From the NCBI GenBank assembly GCA_964016885.1, contig OZ024746.1, forward strand, positions 89,590,001-89,654,000: a stretch of DNA of 64,000 bases, read 5' to 3'. The stretch is from Eledone cirrhosa. Taxonomy: Eukaryota. Below are positions 14,781 to 30,442 of this stretch, in pieces (the first letter of the stretch is position 1; each line of letters opens with the position of its first letter). Under the pieces are notes generated by a model. It ran no database searches, was not told the DNA's origin, and was given only the letters and a program-made list of their open reading frames with translations. A program made the position numbers and the translations under genes.

Positions 14781-17213
14781 ATTAAAATCAAAATACTCCT
14801 CCTCTATATGTATGTAGATACAAATTGGTATGGAAATCAACGTAATTACCACTTGTCCTTATTTCTTTTAGATTTAGATCAAAGACATCTGCTGCTGTAT
14901 AGAAGATAATTATATTTCTTCAGATTTTATCGTATATGGTTTCTATACAGACTTCTTATGAGTGGTAGGAAATCCATTATCGAAAGGTTGTATGCATTTA
15001 CACTCAGTGTGGTGCATTTAAAGTAATACTTGGAAGACACTCTCTTTTTCTCACGTACACACAGACACACACATACATATACATACATGTGTGGAAGGGT
15101 ATGTGTGCACGTGGGAGTAAATATATACATTGTAAAGAAAATAAATTCAACGTGTAATAAGAAAAAATCTTTAAGAACCCATTAAGTTACACAAATTGTA
15201 CTGCTGAAACTAACAAGGTTTCCCTAAGTGGTATATGAGATATTAAAGAAGAGGTTTATATTATCGAGAATTAGTTGCTCTTCCCTTTTCTAAAAGGTGA
15301 AAGCTATTATAAAGAAACGAGTTTTTTCTATATCCATATTTATACGATTCCAAACATATATTCACTCTTGTTTACAAACACAGCATCATTGTCGAAATGG
15401 TCAACCTCTTCAATAGCACCTACCATGTTTTTATAATACTTACGCATGGGAAATTTGAACTAGCATTCATTGCAAAGAAACTCGTCCTCCAACGTCCAAC
15501 AAGATTGTCTATGTAAGAAAATATTAATTAAGGTGAAGTGTGCATAAATAAAATGTGTTTCGGTGATTACCTGCGGAGAAAGACATTTCTGTATACGATT
15601 CTCCTGATGTAGTTCCGAAGTAGCTGTAAACCTGTCAATGAGGAAAATTATATCTCGGAATAAGAAAAGATTTCCTGAAGCACAGGCTTCCAATATGTGA
15701 TGAGGCAATTTCATATAATAAAAGAAGCTAAATATCAGTCAATCATCTCAGCATTCGTCATTTTATCATTGTTTATCTCAGCAAAATCTGTTTGCCTAAA
15801 ATACCTCCGCATCTATTATTTAGTTATCCTTCGGTACATTTTGATAGAGTATTTGTTCAATAAATCCTCCAAATTTTGACTAAGCTATTTCTTCTGCATT
15901 TTCCTGATCTATAGCACGTGGCTTAAATGTTAGGATTTACGTCTCAAATTTAATTCGTTGCTCGCTCCAGTCCTCTAAGCTGGCAAAAAACAGGTGTACA
16001 TGTAATTCAATGGAACAGCCTCGGCAGAGCATATAATGCTGAATCACCTACATATTTCTGGAATCTGTGGATGTCCAACCGGTTCTTCTTCTTCTTCTTC
16101 TTCTTTTATTCCACTTCTTCGCCCGTTCCATTCCTCTCCTACCACCTTTCTTACCCCATCAATTCAGGGGAATATATATATATATAAACCAGGTGCGCTT
16201 TTCAAAGCCATTTTTCATCATTTGTATTATGAATGATTAACTGACTATTATATATACATGAATATATACATGAATATATACATGAATGATTAACTGACTA
16301 TTTAACCCAAGAATGTTTTATGTGAGTTACACATCACGTCGGTACCAATTGCCATGCGTATAGAGCATAGAAATAAGTATCGTGATTTTACAACTGTACA
16401 TATATATTTTGAATCCGTCTTATTTCTTTGTAGTAGTGATTTATACTTCTGTACCAACACCGAAATAACAGGTCTGCGATGGTTGATGCAAACAACCTTG
16501 CCTCATTTTGCTTCTTGCATTATGAACATTTATTCGGAATGACTAGATCTACCTATTAGTATAACCACCCAATATGAATGGATTATATATATATATTAAG
16601 GAACGCGATGAAGTTTCGTTTACTTGAGCGTACTTGATTATTGTTACGCACGTTTCGCAGAGGATTTTCTCCATTATCTATCTCCTATTCAAACTGGTGA
16701 TTCAATAACGGATGCAGTGTTTGTTGTGATCTGTCAGGCGTGGAATGTGCAAACGCTTAGGCCCTAATTCTTATCGTGGTTGTAGGCATGTGTGAGTCTT
16801 TCAGGATATAGACGGCGACTGATGTGCGTCTGTATGCATATTTTCAAGTGCCTGTGTATGTTGATGTTTGCCACAAATACTTTCGCCGTTTTCCTTTTCG
16901 CTCTTTTTACAGTCTCCTGTATCTTACTATTTCATCCTAAATTTCTGTAAGTATTATCTTATGAAATATTATCGATCGAAACATTATGTCAATTTTCTGA
17001 CTATATGAAGGGTAAATCTAATAATATATTTCTTCATTGTACTGTGGCATTTTCTTTGTTAGTTCTGTTTGCCTTTTGCATATATATATATATATATATA
17101 CTAAATAGAACATTCATTGTAGAATATTGAAATAATGTAAATATTGTAAGTGCAATATATATTTAAGACTTTATGATTTTGAGACACAGTATGTAATTTA
17201 TATCTATCTATCT

Positions 17214-17712
17214 ATGGAGGAGGATAAGTGCGACGACGAAGATCTACAAGCACGGACGCCTTGCGAGCAGGAATTTGAAACCGTCCTGCTCGCAAAAGTT
17301 CAGTGCCGAGGGGTGACCGACCTGTGGAATTTTGTCAAACAGCTACCGTCACGTGTGGAACGCATCCGGTTGTCAGCCGAGTCCATCGTGAGGATCACAC
17401 CGGCGCCTTCATTTAAGAATGAAGGAGGGGCGATTTTCCTCTGTCTGGTGGCTATGGCGAAAGAGAAAATATGGTAGACGAGGTTAAAAGGACTGAGGGC
17501 AAACATCTTTCTCACCGGACAAGGACTCCTCTCATTCTTTAAGTACCACTGCAGAGGGAAGTTTTATTTTGTATATATTTTATTGCTATCAATTATTATT
17601 GTTAAAGATTTTATGTAAAACCGCCGGGGTCACCTCTTATAATGTCCCATGTTTGTACGCCCCTGTAGCAACCAAAGAAATAACACTATGCATGGCATAA
17701 ATAAATAAATAA
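17214..17712 (+). mobile_element. 3' fragment of an L1/Tx1-like LINE (decayed CCHC/zf-RVT region, 3' UTR, (TAAA)n tail)
   Basis: The translation CEQEFETVLLAKVQCRGVTDLW resembles the C-terminal CCHC region of L1/Tx1 ORF2. The segment ends in ATAAATAAATAAATAA and has higher GC than its flanks. Confidence 0.55.
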
Positions 17713-17839
17713 GGATATCTATGTATGTATGTATCTATCTATCTCTATATATATATTAGTCTGTGTGTGTGTAGACAGACACACATATGCATATACATAT
17801 ATGTGTGTGTGTGTATTTATATACATTTATACATATATA

Positions 17840-18035
17840 ATTGTTCCTACTGTTGGCCCAAGGCAAGCAAATAACCCAGTGTATTAGTGGTACTCAATGT
17901 TATCGAGCCCTTAAGGCTTAAGGATGAAAGGAAAAGTTAACCTCGGTGGGATTTGAAATCAGACCATAAACAGCCGTAGCACTTTGCTGAATATCATGGC
18001 GTCCGATCCTCTACCGATACTGCCAATCCACTGTC
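17840..18035 (-). mobile_element. SINE family S1 (diverged)
   Basis: AAGGATGAAAGGAAAAGTTAACCTCGGTGGGATTTGAA...CTACCGATACTGCCAATCCAC. Confidence 0.7.
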
Positions 18036-18133
18036 CTTTTTATACATACATAATATGTATATAGATACATATATATATATATATACATATATACATACAT
18101 ACATACATACATACATACATACATACATACATA

Positions 18134-18755
18134 CATGGTGGCTGCCAACTCGTTTTCGAGTACGGCCACTACTTTATATCCATGTAGGAGAACCTCTACC
18201 GATGCCATGAACGAGTGTGACTTTTCAGTCCAGCCAGCGACTTGAAAACTCTGGTACAAACACTACACTTGTGACAATTATTGACACATAGTGCTGGGCC
18301 CATGGTACCATTTGACGACAAGTGCAGCGAGATCTCCAGATATAAAGCAATGCCTGTGCCGTGAAGCTTTTATAGTGAGCAAAGGCACTGCACAAAGCCA
18401 GTCCCACTCTCTTAACCAAGATGATATTTACCAAAAAGAAGAACAAGTCAACATCATTCGATACCATCAGGGTTGCAGGTGTTATATCAGTTTTTTCCTT
18501 CTCCTAGAATTCTGCCTTGACAAAGGCTAAGGGGTCATCTCTCCCGGTGATTTTCGATGGCCATTGACTCTTAAGAGCTTCTTTGTTCTTTGACAGGTTT
18601 TCTTTTTAGTCCTGCAGGATGTCCAAAGTCACCCTCCTCACCAAGAAACCTTGGTGGGGTTGCCAGTTTAGTCGTCAACGACCCGACCATGGGACAGGTT
18701 GTACTGTAATACATGTTACCAGTAGCACCAACTGGTGACCTGACATAAATACCTG

Positions 18756-18757
<2 letters not shown>
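18134..18757 (-). mobile_element. RTE-like LINE 5' region / derived non-autonomous repeat
   Basis: The minus strand contains AAGGCAGAATTCTAGGAGAAGGAAAAAACTGA, resembling the GGCAACCAGTCTAGGAGAAGGAAAACTCTG motif I recall from RTE 5' regions. A second copy lies at 27476-27888. Confidence 0.5.
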
Positions 18758-20475
<1,718 letters not shown>

Positions 20476-20564
20476 AATAACTTTGAATAACTTTGAAATG
20501 TGTTGGCCAGTATTGGCCCAGGCCATGTCAAAATTAATAGCACCACCTGGCGAAGTCTTTCAAT

Positions 20565-22433
20565 TCAGGATTTGGGCACCATGGCCCATTCGAGAAGAGA
20601 ATTACTGTTTGCGGAGACATATCCGGGTGTGGGTGGTTTGTCCGGGATTACTTGGAGGAATTTGTCCAAAGACTTCTTGAATTTTGTGTGGTCAGTTTCT
20701 GTTTTGACGTGTCCTGGTGTGATGTTGAAGAGAGCAGGGCCGATTGAGGTGAAATAATTGTGCCGTATTGTTGTTATGAGTTGCGATTTAGATTTTTGAA
20801 TGGGACGGATAGCACGGGGGCCAAGCCTTGGGTGTATCTTGAAGGCGATGCCAACATCATTTGGGCAGTGATGATGGAACATTTTCCACATCATGCAGAT
20901 AATATAACGCTCACGGCGACGTTGGAGTGAGTAAAGTTTCAGGTTTTCTAGTCGACCCCAGTAGTCAAGGTCTGACATGCCATCTATCTTTTTCGTGATT
21001 GCCCTTTGAGGAGCTTCAAGTTTCATGATACTTTGTTTCGTGTGGGGAGACCACAGTGGACAACAGTATTCAAGGTGTGGTCGGGCAAAAGTAGAGAAGA
21101 GAAGGATAATGGTGTGGGAATCTCTCGACTGGAAGGTTCTGAGGATCCAGGAACACATTCTGCGGGCCATGTCAACTTTGCTGCTTATATGCGTGGCCCA
21201 GCTTATGTTGCTGTCCACGGTTACTCCCAAGTCTCTGATGTTGTTAGATGCCACGAGAGTTTCCCCGGAGGGAAGGGAGTACGGGAGTTTCAGAGCATCC
21301 TCTTTTCCAAAGTGGATCAGTTCGAATTTGTCTTCGTTCAGTAACATGTTGTTCTTTTCCGCCCATTGGGTAACAGCCAGTAGGTCTGACTGAAGGCTTA
21401 TCCGGTCATCCACGCCATTGATGACCTTTTGGAGCTTGGAATCATCAGCGAAAATTTTAATGTTGCTGTGTTTGATGATGTCAGTGATGTCATTAATATA
21501 GATGATGAAGAGAAGTGGGCCCAACACAGTGCCTTGTGGGACCCCACTACTGACTTTGGCTGGGCTGGATTTGACTCCCTCAACTACAACATGTTGGGTT
21601 CTATTTGACAGGAAGCTCTTGATCCACTGCAGCAGCTTTCCAGTGACACCAATATTGGACAGCTTTCTCAGTAGAATGTTATGATCAACCCTGTCAAAGG
21701 CCTTGCTGAAATCAAGGTAGATAACATCAGTGTTGGAACCGTCTCCCAAGGCTCTCAAAATGTCATCAAAGTGATGCAGTAGCTGCGTCAGGCAATCCCT
21801 TCCATTACGGAATCCATGCTGGTTGGAGTTCAGCATATTGTTACTCTCAAGGAAGTGGGTCATTCGCGATCTCACCACTCTCTCAAATACCTTAATGATA
21901 TGAGAGGTGAGTGAGATTGGACGGTTATTCACGGCAAGGGATTTGTTTCCCTTTTTGAAAACTGGGACAACAGACTGGGATAGAAGGTTTTCTGGCACAT
22001 ATCCAGCATCCAGTGAGTTCCGCCACAGATTGGCAAGAGGAGATGCAAGTTGGTGTTGACACGCCTTCAAGACACAAGCAGGGAACCTATCGGGACCTAC
22101 TGCTGAATTATGCTTGATTTCCTTTATTGCCGCTAAGACATCAGGGGCGCCAAACGTTATGTCCGATAAGGTGTAATGGGGAGTAACATCGCCGATACAG
22201 CCCAGATCGGCCATATCAGGATTGCTGAAAACAGAGCAGTATTGTTTCTGCAGTATCCCACCCATGGTTTTAGCATTGTCTTGAAGAGTGCCATTTTCAT
22301 CAATTAGAGGGCCAACAGTAGAGCCAGTGATTTTGTGTTCTTTTGCAAATGAAAAGAACACTTTGGGATTGAGTTTGATCTTCTCAATGGCCCAGGCCTC
22401 TTCAGCTCTTCTCTGATTGTTGATGAGGGACAT
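20565..22433 (-). CDS. LINE ORF2, reverse transcriptase portion (622 aa open)
   Basis: Motifs [44 protein letters not shown] and [13 protein letters not shown], and the CR1-type C-terminus SLQRRRER...LDKFL..IPDKP..PGY. Confidence 0.92.
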   Translation of the reverse strand: MSLINNQRRAEEAWAIEKIKLNPKVFFSFAKEHKITGSTVGPLIDENGTLQDNAKTMGGILQKQYCSVFSNPDMADLGCIGDVTPHYTLSDITFGAPDVLAAIKEIKHNSAVGPDRFPACVLKACQHQLASPLANLWRNSLDAGYVPENLLSQSVVPVFKKGNKSLAVNNRPISLTSHIIKVFERVVRSRMTHFLESNNMLNSNQHGFRNGRDCLTQLLHHFDDILRALGDGSNTDVIYLDFSKAFDRVDHNILLRKLSNIGVTGKLLQWIKSFLSNRTQHVVVEGVKSSPAKVSSGVPQGTVLGPLLFIIYINDITDIIKHSNIKIFADDSKLQKVINGVDDRISLQSDLLAVTQWAEKNNMLLNEDKFELIHFGKEDALKLPYSLPSGETLVASNNIRDLGVTVDSNISWATHISSKVDMARRMCSWILRTFQSRDSHTIILLFSTFARPHLEYCCPLWSPHTKQSIMKLEAPQRAITKKIDGMSDLDYWGRLENLKLYSLQRRRERYIICMMWKMFHHHCPNDVGIAFKIHPRLGPRAIRPIQKSKSQLITTIRHNYFTSIGPALFNITPGHVKTETDHTKFKKSLDKFLQVIPDKPPTPGYVSANSNSLLEWAMVPKS

Positions 22434-23520
22434 TATGTTGTTTTGGAGGTTATGTTTTTTTAATGTCTAGTGATGAAATGGCAGTCAAGTTGATGTGTTG
22501 CTGCTGATAGTATTTCAGCTTGTTGATTTTTTTTGTTCGTTCTCTTAATTTTTCTGATGAGCGTTTTTCTATTTCTAGGGATTCTGCTCTTAGATTTGTT
22601 TATAGTTCTTAATGGGGTGTGTGTTGCACATATGTTTGTAACAGTGTTCACAAATGTCTGCCAGGACTTTTTGATGTTAGTGGGTGTATGAGTGTGCGTG
22701 AAGGACCAGTCGACATGTGCAAGGTCATGACTGATCGCTTCCCAGTTTGCATTGTGGAAATCCATAGCGTCAAACGGATGGACAGGAGAGATGACATTGG
22801 GTTTGTATATTGGACGGTGGAATCTCAGATCACAGAGAACCATGTCATGATCAGAGAGTAGAGTTTTCTCCACTGCAATATTGTGGATATTGTCAGTGTG
22901 ATTGCTGAAAATTAAGTCTAGGACGTTTTTGTGGCACCTCGTTGGTTCGAGCACCAGTTGGGATAGGAAGAAATCATCCATGAAGTCAAGAAGCGATTCC
23001 ACTGCTTCCCTGTCAGAGGTTGAGGCAGAAGAACCTGGTGGCAGGCTGTTTGTGGACCAGTCAACTCCGGGGAGGTTGAAGTCCCCCATCATTAAGATGT
23101 TGTCAGGGTGACACTGTTGGATGAAACACTTTATGCTGTTGAGGCATTCCTTGAAGCATGGCACAGGCGTTTGGGGTGGCCTATAGAGCCCCAACTACTA
23201 TTAGGTTGTTGGTTTGACTGAATACAGTGACTGCTTCACAGTATCCATTAGTGAATATGTTCATAGCCCTCTGTTGAGAAAGAATTATGGACATAAATGG
23301 CAGTCCGCCCTTTCTTCTGCCAGCGCGATCAGCACGGATGGCTTTGAAATTTGTCACTTTCACCTCGGCTTCCAAGTGGAGGTTACTGAGATGGGTTTCA
23401 GTGAGGACGAAGAAAGGGATGTGGTTTGGATGGACATCAATCCAGTCCTCAGGAATTTGATCTTCCATTTTTGAGTATTGGTGGAAGGGCTGATGCCTTG
23501 GGCGTTAAGCAAAAATGTAG
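22434..23520 (-). pseudogene. LINE ORF2, apurinic-like endonuclease portion (frameshifted)
   Basis: NAQG start motif near 23505, then LTETHL, RADR, YRPP, MGDFNLP, LDLIF and LSDH, spread over ORFs 23181-23468 and 22460-23194 with several frameshifts. Confidence 0.85.
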
Positions 23521-24736
23521 AGGGCGAGAGTGGATGGTGGTTTTAATTGTTTTGGTGTGTTGTTAATTTGTTTGTTTGTTAATGGCAGCAATGGGAGTTT
23601 GTGCAGTGGGGTGATAGTGGAGGGGTGGTGCTGGGTGATAGCTCGAATGTTTTTTTCCAGTTCTTTTGCCAGATTCCTTATGGCTAAAAAAGAGGAAGAA
23701 GTTTCCTGTTTAGAAGACTGTTGGTGACTGTGGTAGTGGTTATTTTTATGTAGGTTATGGTTTTTGTTTTTGCTTTTATTTTTAATTTGATTTTCATTTG
23801 TCCGACGGGTCCCCGGGAGATGGGTAAAGGGACAATCCCGGTCTAAACACAATCTGTCTCGCAGGGAAAAGCGGCAGATTTGTGTATTCCTTGTTTGAGT
23901 TATTGGTGGTTGTGTTGGTGTTAAATTAGAGTATGTATTATGGTGGTGGCTGTTTGTGGGGATAGATCGTTTTGTCCTAGGTAAATGAGTGAATTTGCAG
24001 CCACTATCCGTACATATTCTATAGCGTAGAGAGTAGCGGCAAATGATGGGGTTTCGAGTGGGTGGGTATGTGGGTGTGTGTGTTGTGAGAGGTGTAGATG
24101 ATGGTTTGAGTAGGATTTGACGACCTTTGTGGACTGTGGGAGGGAGAGTTCTTGTTCTGGTATTAGAAGGTAAATTCCTTGAAATAGCAGTAGCCAAAGA
24201 TGTTGTAGTAGTAGTAGTAGGCAGAGAAGATGTTGGCAGTGGTGATGATTGGACTGCTGCTCCAGAGAAAGGATGTGGAGTTTCCTGCTGTGAGACAGAG
24301 GCTACTGGGAGGTCAATAGTTTCATTTAGTAGATCGGCCATTGTTGATGAATCAAGGAGTGGTTCACACTGTTGTTGTTGTTGTCGTTGTTGTTGTTGCT
24401 GTTGTTGATGTTGTTGTTGCTGTTGTAGCTGTTGTTGTTGTTGCCGTTGTAGCTGCTGTTGTTGATGTTGCTGCTGCTGGACAGCATTCGAAGAAAAACA
24501 CACCGTAGTTTATCCAAATGTTTATTGATTAATTTAAAAGCAATTTCGATTTGCTTTAATTTATTTTGAATCTGTTGTTCAGATCGAGTTTTCAAAAGTT
24601 GAACTGTACGTTTAGCAATGTCGTTCAGACATGAAGCATCTATGTCTTCTGTTTGGGTAAGGCAATACCATGTGTTTATTAGAATGTCGATTTCATTATC
24701 AGACCAGTTCTGTTTGGATTTTTGCTGGTTAGCCAT
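23505..24736 (-). pseudogene. LINE ORF1: Myb/SANT-like N-terminus, poly-Q, 2 CCCH zinc fingers (one frameshift ~24490)
   Basis: MANQQKSKQNWSDNEIDILINTW...TRSEQQIQNKLKQI, then a frame switch to a poly-Q tract. Fingers CRYSLRYRICTDSGCKFTH and CRFSLRDRLCLDRDCPFTH fit C-x8-C-x4-C-x3-H. Confidence 0.7.
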
Positions 24737-25123
24737 TCTAGTTTTGAGTGTGTGTGTTTTAGTTAAGTATTTCAATATATATATATTTTTATTTATTTTT
24801 GTTTTTTGTTTTTTGTTTTTCTTGTGTGTGAGTGAGAAGAGTATATATATAAATATGAGTATATATATATATATATATGTATATTCTGGTTATTTGAAAT
24901 ATATTAAATTAATGAAAATACGAAAGTATATAATAATAATTTGTAGTTAAAGGAAAATGTACTCACAAGTTGGAAAACACGTGGTTTCAAATATATAATA
25001 ATATAGATGTATGTAAATGTATTAATCGGTCAATTTTTGTTTGTTTTGTTTTGTTTTGTTTTGTGGTTTTGTTTTGTGGCTGTGTTACTTGCTGCTTACT
25101 CTGTGTGACTTACTACTGCTATA

Positions 25124-25157
<34 letters not shown>

Positions 25158-25196
25158 CATATACATATATATATATATACATATATATATACATAC

Positions 25197-25245
<49 letters not shown>

Positions 25246-25247
25246 TA

Positions 25248-25309
<62 letters not shown>

Positions 25310-25310
25310 C

Positions 25311-25366
<56 letters not shown>

Positions 25367-25414
25367 ATATATATACATATATATATACATATATATATAT
25401 ACATATATATATAC

Positions 25415-25503
<89 letters not shown>

Positions 25504-25518
25504 TATATATATATATAT

Positions 25519-25571
<53 letters not shown>

Positions 25572-25756
25572 GATAAATCTACCAAGAGTTTACGGTAGTG
25601 TCCAATCCGTATGAAGAACTCAATGTATTCCGGATATCATGGAAAGAAGAGATGTAATGAAAAATCACTTTCGGTGAAAGATAAACGGTATACAGAGTCA
25701 AGATAAAATATTAAACAAATAATGAATAAACAATTCCTTATATTAAACAAAAAAAG

Positions 25757-25911
25757 TTCATTATTTAACGATCGTTTCTAGGATATATATGTGTTAGAAT
25801 TGGTATGCATATTCAACAGATCTATGTACAAAATTATACAAAATTATACAAATTATCAAGATTAAATATACATACCAAACACATATATACGCCGTCTTCA
25901 GAAATAATGAA
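25757..25911 (-). ncRNA. Type-I hammerhead ribozyme with long stem II (family D)
   Basis: Minus strand: TTCATTATTT-CTGAAGA-(long insert)-GAAA-CGATCG-TT-AAATAATGAA. It has a 10-bp stem I, a palindromic stem III and a GUU triplet. Confidence 0.75.
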
Positions 25912-26057
25912 GTATATTTATTGATAATAACAACAATTCAAAATTTCAGGTCCGTTTGGGAACAAAAATTGACCAATGAAAACACAAAGGGTTAAATGCA
26001 GTTCGGTGTGTGTATATACATGTAAAACCCTTACACATATTTTACAAAAATGTAATA

Positions 26058-26143
<86 letters not shown>

Positions 26144-26230
26144 TATATATATTTCGTTTCTGAATTTGTTTATGTATATATATATGTATATATATATATA
26201 TGTATATATATATGTATATATATATATATG

Positions 26231-26372
<142 letters not shown>

Positions 26373-26373
26373 C

Positions 26374-26426
<53 letters not shown>

Positions 26427-26438
26427 CATATACATTTA

Positions 26439-26472
<34 letters not shown>

Positions 26473-26484
26473 CATATACATATA

Positions 26485-26518
<34 letters not shown>

Positions 26519-26575
26519 CATATACATATATATATATATATATATACACATATATATATATACATATACATATAC

Positions 26576-26608
<33 letters not shown>

Positions 26609-26620
26609 CATATATATATG

Positions 26621-26654
<34 letters not shown>

Positions 26655-26669
26655 TATGTATATATATAC

Positions 26670-26701
<32 letters not shown>

Positions 26702-26732
26702 TATGTATATATATATATATACATATATATAC

Positions 26733-26785
<53 letters not shown>

Positions 26786-26842
26786 TATACATATATATAT
26801 ATATACATATATATACATATATATATATATACATATATATAC

Positions 26843-26875
<33 letters not shown>

Positions 26876-26942
26876 CATATATATACATATATATATATAT
26901 ATACATGTATACATATATATATATATATACATATATACATAT

Positions 26943-27003
<61 letters not shown>

Positions 27004-27068
27004 CATATATATACACATATATATATATACATATATATATATATATTTCGTTTCTGAATTTGTTTATG

Positions 27069-27150
<82 letters not shown>

Positions 27151-27175
27151 CATATATATATATACATATATATAC

Positions 27176-27222
<47 letters not shown>

Positions 27223-27323
27223 CATATATATATATATACATATATATATATACATATATATACATATATATATACATATATATATATACATATATATACA
27301 TATATATATACATATATATATAC

Positions 27324-27426
<103 letters not shown>

Positions 27427-27475
27427 TATACATATACATATACATATATATATATATACATATATATATATACAT

Positions 27476-27888
27476 ATGGTGGCTGCCAACTCGTTTTCGA
27501 GTACGGCCACTACTTTATATCCATGTAGGAGAACCCCTACCGATGCGCTGAACGAGTGTGACTTTTTATTCCAGCCAGCAACTTGAAAGCTCTGGTACAA
27601 ACACTACACTTGTGACAATTATTGACACATAGTGCTGGGCCCTTGGTACTATGTGACGACAAGTTCAGAAAGATCTCCAGATATAAAGCAATGCCTGTGC
27701 TGTGAAGCTTTTATAGTGAGCAAAGGCACTGCATAAAGCCAGTCCCACTCTCTTAACCAAGATGATATTTACCAAAAAGAAGAACAAGTCAACATCATTG
27801 GAAACCATCAGGGTTGCAGGTGTTATATCAGAGTTTTCCTTCTCCTAGAATTCTGCCTTGACAAAGGCTAAGGGGTCATCTCTCCCGG
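27476..27888 (-). mobile_element. Second copy of the RTE-like 5' repeat
   Basis: Highly similar to 18135-18547 (ATGGTGGCTGCCAACTCG...GGGGTCATCTCTCCCGG). Confidence 0.75.
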
Positions 27889-27967
27889 ATATATACATAT
27901 ACATATATATATATATACATATATATATACATATACATATATATATATATACATACATATATATACA

Positions 27968-28055
<88 letters not shown>

Positions 28056-28081
28056 TATACATATATATATATATATATACA

Positions 28082-28261
<180 letters not shown>

Positions 28262-28293
28262 TATACATATATATATATATATACATATATATA

Positions 28294-28359
<66 letters not shown>

Positions 28360-28394
28360 AATATATATAAATATATATATAAATATATATAAAT

Positions 28395-28980
<586 letters not shown>

Positions 28981-28985
28981 AATTG

Positions 28986-29034
<49 letters not shown>

Positions 29035-29164
29035 GGAATAGAATGAAACGAAATTTCATTCCTCACTCTTAGTACGACACTTACTTAAATGTAAGTATGT
29101 ATGTATGTATACGTACATACATATATGTATACAGACGTACATACATGCACACATATATATGCAA

Positions 29165-29480
29165 GTATCAGTTTACCGAACATTTATTATAATGCTCGGT
29201 TTGTTTGTTTGCAAACAAACAAATAGCCCGAATTACGCCGTACAGTGTTTAGGCAACCACGTCACCTTTTTGTTCAACACTGACACAGGAACGATGTACT
29301 AGTTTCAAGCTTATTAGCTATCTTCAGCATCGTATTCATTCCTGCCAGATGGTTGAACGTCTGAAAGTATATACTTTCCTTATGCTTTCTAATACTTTCC
29401 TGTACGGCGTAATTCGGGCTGTTTGTTTGCTTACAAACAAACAGCCCGAGCATTATATAAATGTTCGGTAAACCGATACG
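29165..29480. mobile_element. Element with ~80-bp terminal inverted repeats enclosing an HHR
   Basis: GTATCAGTTTACCGAACATTTA...TACGCCGTACAG (29165-29244) is inverted at 29400-29480. Confidence 0.75.
29291..29333 (-). ncRNA. Minimal type-I hammerhead ribozyme
   Basis: Minus strand: ACGATG-CTGAAGA-TAGCT AATA AGCTT-GAAA-CTAG-TA-CATCGT. The core is canonical and the triplet is GUA. Confidence 0.85.
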
Positions 29481-29575
29481 TTCCATATATTACATGTGTC
29501 CATGTATGTATATATATACATACTACTGTACGTCTGTATACATATATGTATGTACGTATACATACATACATACTT

Positions 29576-29618
<43 letters not shown>

Positions 29619-29744
29619 ATATATATATATTATTCCATTGATTGGCACATTATTTATGTTTGTTTTATAACGTTCTGGTTGAGTGCTTAATTCAGTTTGT
29701 ATATGGAACGTTTTTCCATTACTCATAATTTGAATTTGACCGCC

Positions 29745-29944
29745 ATAAACCGGGGGTAGCTCCCGTTGGAGTAACATGTGCCATCACAACCGGATTTATG
29801 TCAGAACGAAAACATGTTGAGAAATTAATCCAGTGTTCGATCTTCCCGATTCTTAACTTGTATACACTACGAGCGGATTTTGTTGATTTCGGATCTACAG
29901 AAACCTAACTGAGATATTGAATAATTTCGAAGTGATGGTCCAGG

Positions 29945-30007
<63 letters not shown>

Positions 30008-30236
30008 GTGTGTGTGTATCTGTGTATGTATGTATTTTTTTCTCACGAGTCAGTTTTTTCGTTGCTACAGAGCACGCGGTTGAATTACCCGCCGCTATCT
30101 TCAATTTACAAAGCACTTTAAACTGTATGTTATTACTCTGAGGTATGTTATTGTCGAGTGCTTGGCTGCACTGCTGAATGCATTCGTCGGCTTAGCTGGG
30201 GCTCGAGCTTCGAATATGCTGTACTTTCATTCGTGT
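29745..30236 (+). mobile_element. Non-coding interspersed element, family B
   Basis: Shares ordered blocks with 35742-36197 and (minus strand) 47622-47815: AAACCGG.GGT, AGAACGAAAAC.TGTTGA, TGTTCGATC, TTGATTTCGGAT, GTATGTTATTACTCT.AGG and TCGAGTGCTT. Confidence 0.65.
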
Positions 30237-30249
30237 ATATATATATATA

Positions 30250-30343
30250 TAACGAAGGAGGTGTGGTAAGGAACCAGATGGACCATAACGCCCCAGAGTA
30301 CTCAATACTTAGGGTAGTAGGGTAAGTAATAGTCGGGGGTCAT
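30250..30343 (-). mobile_element. Family A tail fragment
   Basis: AACGAAGGAGGTGTGGTAAGGAACCAGATGGACCATAACG...GTACTCAATACTTAGGGTAGTAG is the reverse complement of the family A tail. Confidence 0.75.
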
Positions 30344-30442
30344 ATATATATATATATATATATATATGTAAGTATGCATATATAACTAATATATGATATA
30401 TACATTGGCTAGAGCATTTGTTCTGTTTATGTATATACATAA

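Larger units (their letters stand above)
20476..24950 (-). mobile_element. Near full-length CR1/L2-group non-LTR retrotransposon
   Basis: ORF1, APE endonuclease and RT occur in order on the minus strand. A short 3' UTR ends in the tandem TTCAAAGTTA repeat at ~20478-20498. The element is inserted in a TA array, and its 5' boundary is uncertain. Confidence 0.9.

Noticed and set aside
16640-16700. GAAACGTGCGTA on the minus strand resembling an HHR 3' half
   Set aside because: The upstream core reads TTGAATA and stem I does not pair, so it is too degenerate to call.
18655-18745. Possible HDV-like ribozyme at the 5' end of the RTE-like repeat (minus strand ACC TGTCCCAT GGT...CGACTAAACTG)
   Set aside because: I could not assign a convincing P1/P1.1 pairing by eye. 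It needs a descriptor search.
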